DNA of 64,000 bases from positions 192,001-256,000 of the forward strand of contig CAVRCJ010000005.1 of NCBI GenBank assembly GCA_963719515.1, given 5' to 3'. Position 1 is the first letter of the stretch; every line of letters starts with the position of its first letter. The position numbers were made by a program, and so were the translations under genes. The stretch comes from an uncultured cyanobacterium (lineage in GTDB: Bacteria > Cyanobacteriota > Cyanobacteriia > CAKZMO01). Of the stretch, positions 1 through 9,816 are shown one piece after another. Under the pieces are notes generated by a model. That model searched no databases, was not told where the DNA came from, and saw only the letters and a program-made list of their open reading frames with translations.

Positions 1-306
1 CTGAGGGTTACACCACACCAGCCGGTTCTCGTCGTCCACCTGCAAAAATCCTATGGGTGACAGGTTCATAATCTGCTGATAAAGCTCTAGACGAGCCTCA
101 TACTGCTGCTGAATTTTTTGCTGGTAGGCGACCGCCAGAGAAAGCTGGGAAGTCACGGAAGAGGGTGAGGGAATGCTGTCGGGCTTAAGGTTTCGCAGCA
201 GCGATTTTAACCGTTGGTCAGCGCGGGCCCGCTGCCACTTAAGCAGCAGGCCGCCGACGCATAAACCCAACAAAAAACCGATGATGCCCATGAATTCCGC
301 TAACAC
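1..306 (-). CDS. sphS: N-terminal part (runs off window) of SphS/PhoR-like phosphate sensor histidine kinase
   Basis: Manual translation, not in ORF track: MLAEFMGIIGFLLGLCVGGLLLKW...LSPIGFLQVDDENRLVWCNPQ. N-terminal TM helix then a PAS-like start, as in cyanobacterial SphS/Hik7. Kinase domain lies outside the window. Confidence 0.6.
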   Translation of the reverse strand, partial: MLAEFMGIIGFLLGLCVGGLLLKWQRARADQRLKSLLRNLKPDSIPSPSSVTSQLSLAVAYQQKIQQQYEARLELYQQIMNLSPIGFLQVDDENRLVWCNPQ

Positions 307-341
307 GATACTTCTAGCGTAGTCCGCTAGGCATCGAGGTG

Positions 342-1962
342 CTAGTGTGCCAGCGCACAGCCGTCTTTGCGGGAGTCTGAGCCCGCGGTCCGCAGGCCGG
401 TATCAGGATCTATCCAAACGGCCTGTCCGCCTCCCAAAGGCATCGCCGACTCGCTCAACTTGGTGACCTCGGGTTTTAAGGCCCTCTACGGCGTCAGGAG
501 GCATCCCCTCTTCCACCTGGCACAGACCGCTGCTGCCGCTGAACAGTCGCGGGCAGTCTAGCGCTTCTTGAACATCCATGCCGTAGTCCAGCAGGTTGGT
601 AAGCAGCAGGGCGTGACCCATGGGCTGAAACTCTCCCCCCATTACCCCAAAGGGCATCACCGCCCGTCCCGCTTTCATCAGCATGCCGGGAATGATGGTG
701 TGCAGGGGCCGCTTGCCGGGGGCGATCGCGTTGGGGTGTTCTGGCTCTAAGCAAAATCCTGCCCCCCGACTCTGAAAAACCACACCGGTGGCGGGGCACA
801 TGAGGCCGCTGCCAAAGGAATGGTAGACGGAGTTGATAAAGCTCATGGCGTTGCCCTCGGCGTCTACGACACAGAGGTAGACCGTATCGGGATGGGCAGG
901 AAATTGGGACGGGGGGAGCGTCGCCATAGCGCTGTCCAGCGAAATATGCTGACGCATCCGATCGGCATAAGTGGAAGAGAGCAGCTGCTTCACCGGCACT
1001 TCGGCCTGGGCCGGGTCAGCAAGGTACAGGTCGCGATCGCGGTAGGCCAACCGCGCGGCCTCAGCCATGAGGTGGTAGCGCTCGGGGCTGCGGGGATCTA
1101 GAGCGGCGAGGTCAAATCCCTGGAGGAGGTTGAGCATCAGCAGCGCCGTGAGTCCCTGGCCGTTAGGCGGGCACTCAAACACCTGGTAGCCTCGGTACTC
1201 AGTGCTGATGGGGGCAACGTACTCGCCGGCGGCGCTGGCAAAGTCTTCTAGGGTATGTAAGCCCCCCAAGTCTTTTAGATAGTTCACCATTTGCTGAGCC
1301 GCTTCGCCGGCGTAAAAGGCGTCTCTGCCGCCCTGAGCGATCGCCTCTAGGGTGCGCGCGAGCTGCGGCTGCTGGTGGAGCTGTCCGACGTGGGGAGCCT
1401 TACCGCCGGGAAGAAAGGTCTGGGCTGCCGCCGGGCTTTGCTGTAGGGCTGAGGCCGCTGCGGCCCAGTCCGCCGCCACTCTGGGGTAAACGGGGTAGCC
1501 CCGCCGGGCCGTCTCAACGGCGGGCTGAAGCAGGTCACCTAGAGGCAGCCGGCCGTAGTCCTTGGACAACCGACACCAAGCGTCCACGGCTCCAGGGACG
1601 GTGACGGCGTGGGGGCTATGGCGATCGATTGCAGCTAGCCCCTGCTGGGTGAAGTAGTCGAGCTGGGCCGCAGCGGGCGATCGCCCCGACCCGTTGAGAG
1701 CGATGACTCCTGCTTCTGCTCCGGAAGCAGGAGTCGTTGGGCTAGGCGCTGGCGCGTACAGCGCAAAGCAGTCTCCCCCAATACCGGTGGACTGGGGCTC
1801 CACAACGCACAGCATGGCGGATGCGGCGATCGCTGCGTCAACAGCGTTGCCGCCTGAGCCAAGGATCGCCATGGCGGTGAGGGTAGCCTGGGGATGAGAA
1901 GTGGCCGCAACGCCGCGGGTGCCGTAGATAGAGGAGCGGCCAGGAAGATGAAAGTTACGCAA
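342..1962 (-). CDS. ggt: Gamma-glutamyltransferase (apparent +1 frameshift at ~446-447 near the C-terminus)
   Basis: GNAVDAAIA, EPQSTGIGGD, nucleophile Thr in HPDTVY, PGKRPLHTI. The canonical tail PLGGGQAVWID...GSDSRKDGCA* continues in another frame to a stop at 342-344. Start probably TTG 1962 (MRNFHLPGRS). Confidence 0.88.
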
Positions 1963-1999
1963 GGGAATTAATGCTGGACTATGCTCAAATACCCTACCA

Positions 2000-2989
2000 T
2001 CACCGCTCGTGGAACTCCACAACGCTCTGGCGGACCGTGATGTCATAACCGCTAAAAAAGTCTTGACCCAGCAGCCCCGTGCTGAGCTCCGGACCGGCGA
2101 TCGCCACCAGCAAATTGTCGATTCTTACCCCTGCCACCTCAAGGGACGATACATAGCCTAGCTGAAACGGAACGCTGCTGGCGCTGGCGGTGGCCACCCG
2201 GGCTTCTCCCACCGTGGCCACGTTGAGGGCTCTGGCCATAGGCTGGGTAATCACGGTGCCGCTGGCCCCGGTATCGACGATCATCTCAAAAGGTTCACCG
2301 CCATTGAAAGTCGCCAAAATCACCGGGGTTCCCCCCGCGCGGCGGACGATGGGGGCCTGGAACATTCCTCGCTCAGGAGGGGCTCTCCCGGCTTCCGCGG
2401 GCGGGGCGAGGGGTGAGGGGCGAGGCGAGGGGCGAGGCGCTGAGGCAGGGGCGCTGGGCGCTGAAGCTTGACGCGGCGCCGATAGCGCAGGCTCTTGGGC
2501 GGGCTCTTGGGCGGGCACCAATACGACGCGACCCGGCGCAGGTTCGGGGATAGGAACGTCTGCCTGCTGCTGTGCGTAGGCTAGGTTTTGCTGATATTCC
2601 GCCAGCTTCTGGGGCACAATGGCGTAGTTCGGGCTGCCCTCTGGGACAGTCTCTAGAAGGGCGATCGCCTGCTGCCAGCGGCTGGCCGTCAATCGCCAGT
2701 CGTCCTTGGATCGAGCCGACTGGCTCAGGGAAAATGCGGCAGAAGCCCGGTTAATGGCGTCGGCGTAGGATGCTGACGGAGGCGGTGCCTCCGGGGACGC
2801 TGTCGATGGGGGAGCGTCTAGCACCTCTGAGGACGTCTTCGCGTTTGCTTCTGAAACTGCTTGTGGGGAGTCAGGCTCACCCTCCACTACCGTAATGTCA
2901 GGCTGGGGCGACGCAGGCGGACTGAGGTCGCATCCTGCCACCGTCAGTGACAGCAGCAGCAGCAAACGCGAAGAAGAGAGGTTAGCCAT
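2000..2989 (-). CDS. Lipoprotein with C-terminal retropepsin-like (clan AA) aspartic protease
   Basis: Lipobox-like LTVAGC, helical middle region, Pro-rich linker, catalytic VDTGASGT and LLGQDF motifs. Confidence 0.85.
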   Translation of the reverse strand: MANLSSSRLLLLLSLTVAGCDLSPPASPQPDITVVEGEPDSPQAVSEANAKTSSEVLDAPPSTASPEAPPPSASYADAINRASAAFSLSQSARSKDDWRLTASRWQQAIALLETVPEGSPNYAIVPQKLAEYQQNLAYAQQQADVPIPEPAPGRVVLVPAQEPAQEPALSAPRQASAPSAPASAPRPSPRPSPLAPPAEAGRAPPERGMFQAPIVRRAGGTPVILATFNGGEPFEMIVDTGASGTVITQPMARALNVATVGEARVATASASSVPFQLGYVSSLEVAGVRIDNLLVAIAGPELSTGLLGQDFFSGYDITVRQSVVEFHER

Positions 2990-3233
2990 TATAGTTGCTG
3001 AGAGGTGGCTGCATTCACTAGCCTATCTGAACGGCAAGGGTATCGGCCAGAACTGAGCCATTGTAAAGAAGATGCAATCGGTGGAAATTTGTAGGATTTT
3101 CGCAGAATGCAGAGGAGGCAACAGTCCCCGTTCCAAATTTTGGTTTATCATCGATCGTTGGTGTCCGTCACAGGCCAAACAGGCTCGCGGGTCGCTTAAG
3201 CCTTGTCTACTGCTCGCCATCGGAGTTCTCAAC

Positions 3234-4391
3234 ATGCCTTCCTCTCTTCGCCAGCCTGCCCTACTAGTCCTTGCCGATGGCTCTGCATATCGGGGCTACT
3301 CCTTTGGGGCGCTGGGCACGGCGATTGGTGAAGTGGTCTTCAACACGGGCATTACGGGCTACCAAGAAGTGCTTACTGATCCGAGCTATCGAGGGCAGAT
3401 CGTCACCTTTACCTATCCAGAATTGGGCAACACTGGCGTCAACCCGGACGATGAAGAATCAGCAGCGCCCCAGATTAAAGGGGCGATCGCCCGCAACATT
3501 ACCGACGTGCCCAGCAGCTGGCGCTCGACCCAGTCTCTGCCGGACTACCTCCAGCAGCACGGCGTTCCGGGCATCTATGGCATTGACACCCGCGCTCTAA
3601 CCCGCAAGATTCGTTCGGTAGGGGCCATGAACGGCGGCATCTCAACTAAAATTCTGTCGCCATCTGACCTTCTGATGCGGGTACAGCAAGCGCCCTCTAT
3701 GGCGGGGCTCAATCTAGTAAAAGAGGTGACTACCCCCGAACCCTACGAGTGGTCTGAAACAACGGACAAAGCTTGGGAGTTTTCCCCAGACCCTTCTCTG
3801 GGCCAAGACGGCGCAGCACTCACTGTAGTGGCACTCGATTTTGGCATTAAGCGCAACATTCTGCGGCGGCTGGCGAGCTATGGCTGCCGCGTCGTTGTGG
3901 TGCCCGCTGACACCTCCCCAGAAGAGATTCTCAAGCACAATCCCGATGGCATCTTCTTGTCCAACGGTCCGGGAGACCCCGCAGCAGTCACCGAGGGTAT
4001 TGAGACCGCCAAAGCACTGCTCCAGACCCAGCTGCCCACCTTTGGCATTTGCCTTGGGCATCAGCTACTGGGGCTCTCCCTAGGGGGCGAAACCTTTAAG
4101 CTTAAGTTTGGCCATCGGGGGCTGAACCAGCCCGCTGGTCTACGGCAAAAGGTGGAAATCACGAGCCAGAACCATGGCTTTGCCCTAGACGCCGACTCGA
4201 TTGCCAATGCCGACGTTGATGTTACCCACCTCAACCTCAACGATCGCACTATCGCAGGAATTCGCCACAAGACGCTGCCGCTGTTTTCGGTGCAGTACCA
4301 CCCTGAGGCCAGCCCCGGCCCCCATGACGCAGACTACCTATTTGAGCGGTTTGTAGCCTCTATGCGGGAGCACCAGAGCGCGGCATCGTAG
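3234..4391 (+). CDS. carA: Carbamoyl-phosphate synthase small subunit
   Basis: [40 protein letters not shown]. Start likely ATG 3234. Confidence 0.97.
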   Translation: MPSSLRQPALLVLADGSAYRGYSFGALGTAIGEVVFNTGITGYQEVLTDPSYRGQIVTFTYPELGNTGVNPDDEESAAPQIKGAIARNITDVPSSWRSTQSLPDYLQQHGVPGIYGIDTRALTRKIRSVGAMNGGISTKILSPSDLLMRVQQAPSMAGLNLVKEVTTPEPYEWSETTDKAWEFSPDPSLGQDGAALTVVALDFGIKRNILRRLASYGCRVVVVPADTSPEEILKHNPDGIFLSNGPGDPAAVTEGIETAKALLQTQLPTFGICLGHQLLGLSLGGETFKLKFGHRGLNQPAGLRQKVEITSQNHGFALDADSIANADVDVTHLNLNDRTIAGIRHKTLPLFSVQYHPEASPGPHDADYLFERFVASMREHQSAAS

Positions 4392-4753
4392 TAGAAACTG
4401 TGACAAAGTCACAGCTCTGTACAGAACTGGCTGCGCAGAGCTAGGCAGCCGAATTCACCTATAGCGCTTGCTACAGCGATTTTCAGTCGCGTGTCTGGGC
4501 GTTAGTGGTGCAGCGCGCCCAGACATTGATCAACTTGTTGTCTAGGACGGCTTGATGCCATGAATGGTAAAGCTATGCTGTGAGCTTCTAAGAATCTTGA
4601 ACCTTCCACATTGATATCGAAGAAGTATCGTTCTAAGTATGGAGGGCAAAGCTTTATGCGTCCGCTGGTCGGTCTTGATGCTTTAAGCCGCGTCCTGCGT
4701 TAATCTGGACTCTGAATGATCACTATCACTACTAACGGGAGGACTCATAACCC

Positions 4754-5203
4754 TTGGAACGGACGTTTATTGCGATCAAGCCAGATGGTGTCCAGCGGGG
4801 CATTATTGGCAGCATCATCAGCCGCTTTGAGACCAAAGGTTTCACGCTGGTGGGCATGAAAATGATGACTGTGAGCCGCGAGCTAGCGGAGAAGCACTAC
4901 GGCGAGCACGAAGGCAAGCCGTTCTTCAGCGGACTCGTAGACTTCATTACCTCTGGCCCTGTGGTCGCGATGGTATGGGAAGGGGAGGGCGTTATTGCCT
5001 CCGCACGCAAGCTCATCGGCGCAACCAAGCCTTCGGAGTCTGCTCCCGGCACCATTCGCGGCGACTTCGGCGTCACAATTGGCCGCAACATCATTCACGG
5101 GTCTGATGCCCCGGAGACCGCTACAAAAGAAGTCCAGCTTTGGTTTGACGACAGCGAACTGTCTTCTTGGCAGCCCACCATGATGCCCTGGATCTACGAG
5201 TAG
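4754..5203 (+). CDS. ndk: Nucleoside diphosphate kinase
   Basis: [30 protein letters not shown]. Confidence 0.98.
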   Translation: MERTFIAIKPDGVQRGIIGSIISRFETKGFTLVGMKMMTVSRELAEKHYGEHEGKPFFSGLVDFITSGPVVAMVWEGEGVIASARKLIGATKPSESAPGTIRGDFGVTIGRNIIHGSDAPETATKEVQLWFDDSELSSWQPTMMPWIYE

Positions 5204-5216
5204 CGCTCGGCTATCC

Positions 5217-5930
5217 CTAGTCAGCTGGGGCTTCGGGCGACGAGCTGGCGTCTGAGGCTTCAGCCTTACGTTTTGAGAAGCCCCAGGTAAACAAAGCACC
5301 GATGAGGGTCAGCATGAGCCATTCTGGAGGTACCAAATTAGGGTCGATGACGCGGGCCAAGAGCCTCACCCCTACTAAACCGACGGTGACAAATCCAGCA
5401 TCTTCTAGATAGACAAATTCTTCTAGCCAGCGAATGAACAGACCTGCCATAAACCGTAGGGTGATGACACCGATAGTGCCGCCAACGATGACAACCCAGA
5501 GGTCTTTTGATAGAGCGATCGCCGTTGTGACACTGTCGAGGGAAAAGGCCAAGTCTGTTACCGCAATCATTGGAATAGCCTGCCACAACCCCGCAAATCT
5601 AGGTCCATGGTGCTCGTCTTCATCCTCGTCAGACGTAAAGTACTGGAAGACGAGCCAGAACAGATAAGCCGCTCCCAACACCTCAAACTGCCAAAACCGG
5701 ATTACCCAGGTTGCCGTCAAAATCAGCAGAATTCTGAGAATGAACGCTACCACCAAGCCTAGGTTGAGGGCCTGTCGCTGAATTTCCTGACTCGGAAGGC
5801 CCTGGGCAATCGCCGCCAAAGCGATCGCGTTATCTGCCGACAGCACCACCTCCAATGCAATCAGTACCGGCAGCAGCAGCAGCGCATCAACGCCAACGTT
5901 GGACGAATAGTTGAGAAGTTGATCTAGCAT
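5217..5930 (-). CDS. TerC/Alx family membrane protein
   Basis: LEVVLSADNA and DLAFSLDSV motifs, multiple TM segments. Start taken at ATG 5930. Confidence 0.88.
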   Translation of the reverse strand: MLDQLLNYSSNVGVDALLLLPVLIALEVVLSADNAIALAAIAQGLPSQEIQRQALNLGLVVAFILRILLILTATWVIRFWQFEVLGAAYLFWLVFQYFTSDEDEDEHHGPRFAGLWQAIPMIAVTDLAFSLDSVTTAIALSKDLWVVIVGGTIGVITLRFMAGLFIRWLEEFVYLEDAGFVTVGLVGVRLLARVIDPNLVPPEWLMLTLIGALFTWGFSKRKAEASDASSSPEAPAD

Positions 5931-6108
5931 GAAGGGTAGAGTTTGATAAACGTGGGCTTCAGCGGTCCTACCCAAGAGCGGGCTGCCAGTTTTAAGCTTA
6001 GCGTTATTCCACCCCAAAGCGGGATACCGACTTGGAGTGAGATATTGTCTAAGCCGGAGGGGAATGCCGTCTGCAGGCCGCCAATTCTACGACATAATCG
6101 ACAGCATA

Positions 6109-6837
6109 ATGTCAACTGATTTAATTCAACAGATTACCCAATTTCAAACTCGTTATCCCTTTGGCAGTCTCACTTCAGAGCTGCTGATGGTGCATGGCGA
6201 CACCTACGTCATTCGGGCGATCGCCCAAGTGGGTTCGGTGGTTGTAGCAACTGCCATGGCGACCCATACAGAGCTCGAGCAGGCGGAGGATCGCGCCAAG
6301 ATGCGGGTGCTGGCAACCCTCAACCTCTCGCCAAAAACCGAGCTAGCGCAGGAGCCAGCGCCCTCTACGACCCACAAAGAGAGCTCAAACCCAACGCCCA
6401 ACGCTGATAGTTCCGAGCCTCTACGTCAATCGGCTCCACTCCCGGCTAGCTTCGTGAGCTCGGGGCGTCCATCGACGGATCCACTGCCACCAATAGACGA
6501 GACAATTCCTGGGCTAGACCTACTCTCGCCGACGGACCATCCGCCAGCAGCCTGGTCCGAGCCAGAACAAACCCTCGCTAAACCTCGCTTAGCGCTGGCC
6601 CAGCCTTCAGAACTCCAGCCCCAGAGCAGCGCTGAGGAAACCCTCACGCCCCAAGATCTATCTGATATCATCGCCAAGACCAGCGTCGAGCTGCGACGAT
6701 TGGGATGGACCGATAAGCAAGGACGCGAGCACCTCCAGAACACTTACGGGAAGCGATCGCGTCAGCAGCTCACGGATCCAGAGCTAGTGGATTTTTTGCG
6801 CTATCTAGAGCAGCAATCCGCCCCACCCCAGACGTAA
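6109..6837 (+). CDS. Conserved hypothetical protein (N-terminal alpha/beta domain, Pro/Ser linker, C-terminal helical domain)
   Basis: Long clean ORF with two globular-looking ends (FQTRYPFGSLTSELL...; DLSDIIAKT...LGW...YGKRSRQQLTD). Confidence 0.75.
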   Translation: MSTDLIQQITQFQTRYPFGSLTSELLMVHGDTYVIRAIAQVGSVVVATAMATHTELEQAEDRAKMRVLATLNLSPKTELAQEPAPSTTHKESSNPTPNADSSEPLRQSAPLPASFVSSGRPSTDPLPPIDETIPGLDLLSPTDHPPAAWSEPEQTLAKPRLALAQPSELQPQSSAEETLTPQDLSDIIAKTSVELRRLGWTDKQGREHLQNTYGKRSRQQLTDPELVDFLRYLEQQSAPPQT

Positions 6838-6843
6838 AGCCCC

Positions 6844-7449
6844 TTAGGCTACTGGCTCAGGGCGGCTACCCGCCGCATACTTATCAATCACCGTATCGAT
6901 AAGGCCATATTCAACGGCTTCTTCCGCTGACATAAAGAAGTCGCGCTCGGTGTCCTCCTCAATCTTCTCGATAGGCTGACCGGTGTGCTTAGCGAGCCAG
7001 TCGTTGAGCCGCTGCTTGTGGTAGAGAATCTCCTTCGCCTGAATCTCGATGTCGGCGGCCTGTCCCTGAGCCCCACCCAGCGGCTGGTGAATCATGATGC
7101 GAGAATTGGGCAAACTCATACGCTTGCCTTTTTCCCCAGCGCTCAGTAAAAATGCGCCCATGCTGGCAGCCAAGCCCACGCAGATGGTGCAAACCTTAGG
7201 ACGAATATGGTTCATGGTATCGAAAATACCAAGCCCCGCCATCACCGACCCACCAGGCGAGTTGATATAGAGGTAGATATCTTTCTCGGGATCCTCAGCT
7301 TCAAGAAACAGCATTTGGGCGACGATGAGATTCGCCAAATCGGAGTCGACCTGCTGGCCCAAAAAGATAATGCGCTCCCGCAGGAGGCGGGAGTAAATAT
7401 CAAAGGCGCGTTCGCCGCGTCCCGATTGTTCAATAACGGTTGGAATCAT
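6844..7449 (-). CDS. clpP: ATP-dependent Clp protease proteolytic subunit
   Basis: [27 protein letters not shown] (Ser), MIHQP (His), ERDFFM. Confidence 0.98.
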   Translation of the reverse strand: MIPTVIEQSGRGERAFDIYSRLLRERIIFLGQQVDSDLANLIVAQMLFLEAEDPEKDIYLYINSPGGSVMAGLGIFDTMNHIRPKVCTICVGLAASMGAFLLSAGEKGKRMSLPNSRIMIHQPLGGAQGQAADIEIQAKEILYHKQRLNDWLAKHTGQPIEKIEEDTERDFFMSAEEAVEYGLIDTVIDKYAAGSRPEPVA

Positions 7450-7665
7450 TCAAACGCTTCCGTACAGACATAAGTGAGTCGCTATCAGTAAATGAGACCG
7501 ACTTAGAGGACTTCCCTATCCGGGGAGCACGCTCCAGTAGCAATCGATATTTAATCATTTACCTACTTTAAGTTTACCGAAATCTCTGCTGGACCGCAGA
7601 CATCGCGGATCCGCCGGAGTCTGTCGCGATCGCCTTGCTACGGTCGCCTTGCTACGGTTGTTCTG

Positions 7666-8019
7666 TCATGACGGCGGCGGCTCTGCTGAATCGCTAGTCC
7701 CAGCCGGCAGCGCCTCTAGATACTGAAGAAGCTGATGGAGCTTCATCCGGGGAATGTAGGGCCAGCCGCCGTTAGATTCAATGTCACGCAGGAGCGAGTA
7801 CAGCCGCTGGCGGTTTGTGGGGAAAGCCTCTTGAAATAGGCTGTCGCGGATCTCTTTGTGACAGGTTTCTAGGGTCCTAAGCAAAGCCAGCAGGGCTAGA
7901 ACATCGCCTTCCCTCTCCTGAGCCATCGTTTGCGTCATCTCGACGATCGAGCTCAGCTGCGACTTGGCAGCTTCTAATTGGTCAGCGTCAAGCGATGATT
8001 CGCCGGTAGGTTGTGACAT
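7666..8019 (-). CDS. Conserved cyanobacterial hypothetical protein
   Basis: Helical ORF with FQEAFPTNRQRLYSLLRDIE..GGWPYIPRMKL, resembling a recurrent cyanobacterial family. Confidence 0.7.
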   Translation of the reverse strand: MSQPTGESSLDADQLEAAKSQLSSIVEMTQTMAQEREGDVLALLALLRTLETCHKEIRDSLFQEAFPTNRQRLYSLLRDIESNGGWPYIPRMKLHQLLQYLEALPAGTSDSAEPPPS

Positions 8020-8131
8020 GGTCAAACTTAGAGAATCAAGGTGAATGGACAGATCTACTGTGGGTTGGGTCTACGCAGGTAGAAGGAGGCGCACCAATTG
8101 CTGTAGACCAGGGGGATGGAAATGATGCGAA

Positions 8132-8300
8132 GTGAATACTCCCGACGCTCATCGCTGATGCGATAGAGCGCGGGCTTCATCGGTCACCCGATGAGTTTCC
8201 TGCTTCTGGGCCAGTTGGCTAGATATGGCTTCCCACATCCCCGCTACCTCGGCTCCACAGGCAATTTGAGTACCCGAAATTCCACGGGCGTTGATGACTT
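8132..8300 (-). ncRNA. Predicted TnpB omegaRNA (reRNA) scaffold overlapping the tnpB 3' end
   Basis: By established TnpB biology the scaffold is the right-end sequence ending at TCAC. Contains the right-end hairpin. 5' boundary is an estimate. Confidence 0.65.
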
Positions 8301-9408
8301 GAGCAGCGGCAATATCTCTCGGCTTGAGCGACCCACATTCATGACACCGATGAACGCGATCGCCCAACGATTTTTTGACCACAGCGCCGCAATCAGGGCA
8401 CTCCTGAGAAGTGCCGTAGGGGTCAACCTTGCCGTAATAGACGCCGCGTTTGAAGCACACCCATGGCAAGACCTGGTTTATGAACTGCCCCAAGCCAGCA
8501 TCAAGAGTGTGTTTACCCAGCATCCCTTTCGCCATGATGCGAAAGTCAAGGTCTTCAGCAAAGATGATTTGGGCTTGGTCACACAGCTTGTGGGCCAGCT
8601 TGAATTGCCAGTCAAGTCGACAGGCCGCTATCTGCTCATGCACCCGTCCAATTCTTCCGATGAGCTTGGCGCGGTTCTTCGAGCCCCGCTGCTTATTCTT
8701 CAGTCTGCGTTGCAGCAATTTAAGCTTGCGCTGCAGCTTACCGAAAAAGCGCGGACGCTCTACCTGCAAGCCGTTGGAAGTGGACAGAAAGTATTCAAGC
8801 CCTACGTCAATACCGATACTCTCCCCATAAGGAGCAGCATCAGGCACGTTGACGTCAGCTTGAATACTCGCGGTAGCGTACCACCCCGAATGCTTCTTGA
8901 TGACGCGCACCGTTTTCACCACAAACCCTTCTGGGACAGGGCGGTGCAGAACGATGCGCATCGTGCCCAGCTTAGGCAGCTTGATTTGGCTGCCCGTCAC
9001 CGGGTTTTCCTTGAACTGCGGAAAGAGGAACGAGCGGTACTGCCCAAACTTTTTGAAGCGCGGGAAACCGTGACCTCTCTCCTTCCTCGCAGCAAACGCT
9101 GCCTCTACCCTGCGAATAGGCTCTTGAAGCACCTGAGACTGCACGTCCTTCAGGTGAGGAAATATCTTCTTAGCCGCAGTCAGCGCATTTTGCTGCTTGT
9201 AGTAGCTAGGATATGGCGCGTCCGCCGCCATGACGTACTCTGACTGAAGCGAGCAGGCATTAGCTACGCAGCTTCTCGACTTTATCCAATCCTTGCGTTC
9301 GCGCAGCGCATAGTTGTAGACGCCGCGACAGGTCTCAAGCCAAGAGACCATACGGGCTTCCTGCTCAACAGACGGATAAATTCGGTAGGAGTAGTTCAAG
9401 GTCAACAT
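8149..9408 (-). CDS. tnpB: RNA-guided endonuclease TnpB
   Basis: N-terminal YRIYP HTH, GFPRFK, RuvC-I GIDVG, RuvC-II AEDL, Zn finger CPDC..CHEC, RuvC-III RDIAAA. Confidence 0.95.
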   Translation of the reverse strand: MLTLNYSYRIYPSVEQEARMVSWLETCRGVYNYALRERKDWIKSRSCVANACSLQSEYVMAADAPYPSYYKQQNALTAAKKIFPHLKDVQSQVLQEPIRRVEAAFAARKERGHGFPRFKKFGQYRSFLFPQFKENPVTGSQIKLPKLGTMRIVLHRPVPEGFVVKTVRVIKKHSGWYATASIQADVNVPDAAPYGESIGIDVGLEYFLSTSNGLQVERPRFFGKLQRKLKLLQRRLKNKQRGSKNRAKLIGRIGRVHEQIAACRLDWQFKLAHKLCDQAQIIFAEDLDFRIMAKGMLGKHTLDAGLGQFINQVLPWVCFKRGVYYGKVDPYGTSQECPDCGAVVKKSLGDRVHRCHECGSLKPRDIAAAQVINARGISGTQIACGAEVAGMWEAISSQLAQKQETHRVTDEARALSHQR

Positions 9409-9816
9409 ACCTCGATTATAGCGTTTTTAAGGAGTAGTGCGCCACTCCTTAATCGCTCGCCTACGGCTCACGCGCCCATCATCCCGACGCTGATGCTGCG
9501 CATACAGCGCGGGACTTCCCGTCTACCAGTTAAATGTGTACGAATTAGGAGAGCAACGTCCTGTAAAATAGTGAGGGCATCTGACCAGGCTTCCAATAGC
9601 GTAGCTGGTTGGAGGCTCGTTTGAAGATGGGCTAACCCAGCCTAGAGCATCCCACTCCATCAAAGCATAGTTCCTATTCGCTCAATCCTACAGTTGCTCA
9701 GGGCAGGCGTATAGGGCGAGCGTGCAACCCTACATCCGTTGATGTTGGATTCAAGTGGGCGCACTCTAGAGGTCAGCCAATAGGATACAGACATTAACGA
9801 GGTATTGAGGTTAAGT

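Larger units (their letters stand above)
8132..9530 (-). mobile_element. IS200/IS605-family (IS1341-type, tnpB only) insertion sequence
   Basis: Two related subterminal hairpins in the same orientation (8140-8178 and 9482-9518) flank tnpB. Right end is ...GTATTCAC on the minus strand. There is no room for tnpA. Left boundary uncertain by ~1 nt. Confidence 0.85.

Noticed and set aside
3072..3233. N-terminal extensions in the ORF track (carA; likewise cpcB, cpcC, terC, polA, ggt)
   Set aside because: Artefacts of taking the most upstream start codon. Family-typical N-termini begin at downstream starts.
4398..4414. TGTGA-CAAAG-TCACA as a CRP site
   Set aside because: Spacer is 5 bp rather than 6 and it sits right after the carA stop, so a small hairpin is more likely.
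7631..7658. 14-bp tandem duplication CGCCTTGCTACGGT x2 (similar short duplications at 19079-19108 and ~26125-26145)
   Set aside because: Two-copy intergenic slippage duplications with no further structure.
8191..9243. 350-aa ORF antisense to tnpB
   Set aside because: Lies wholly opposite a well-supported gene, has no recognisable motifs, and long shadow ORFs are common at this GC content.
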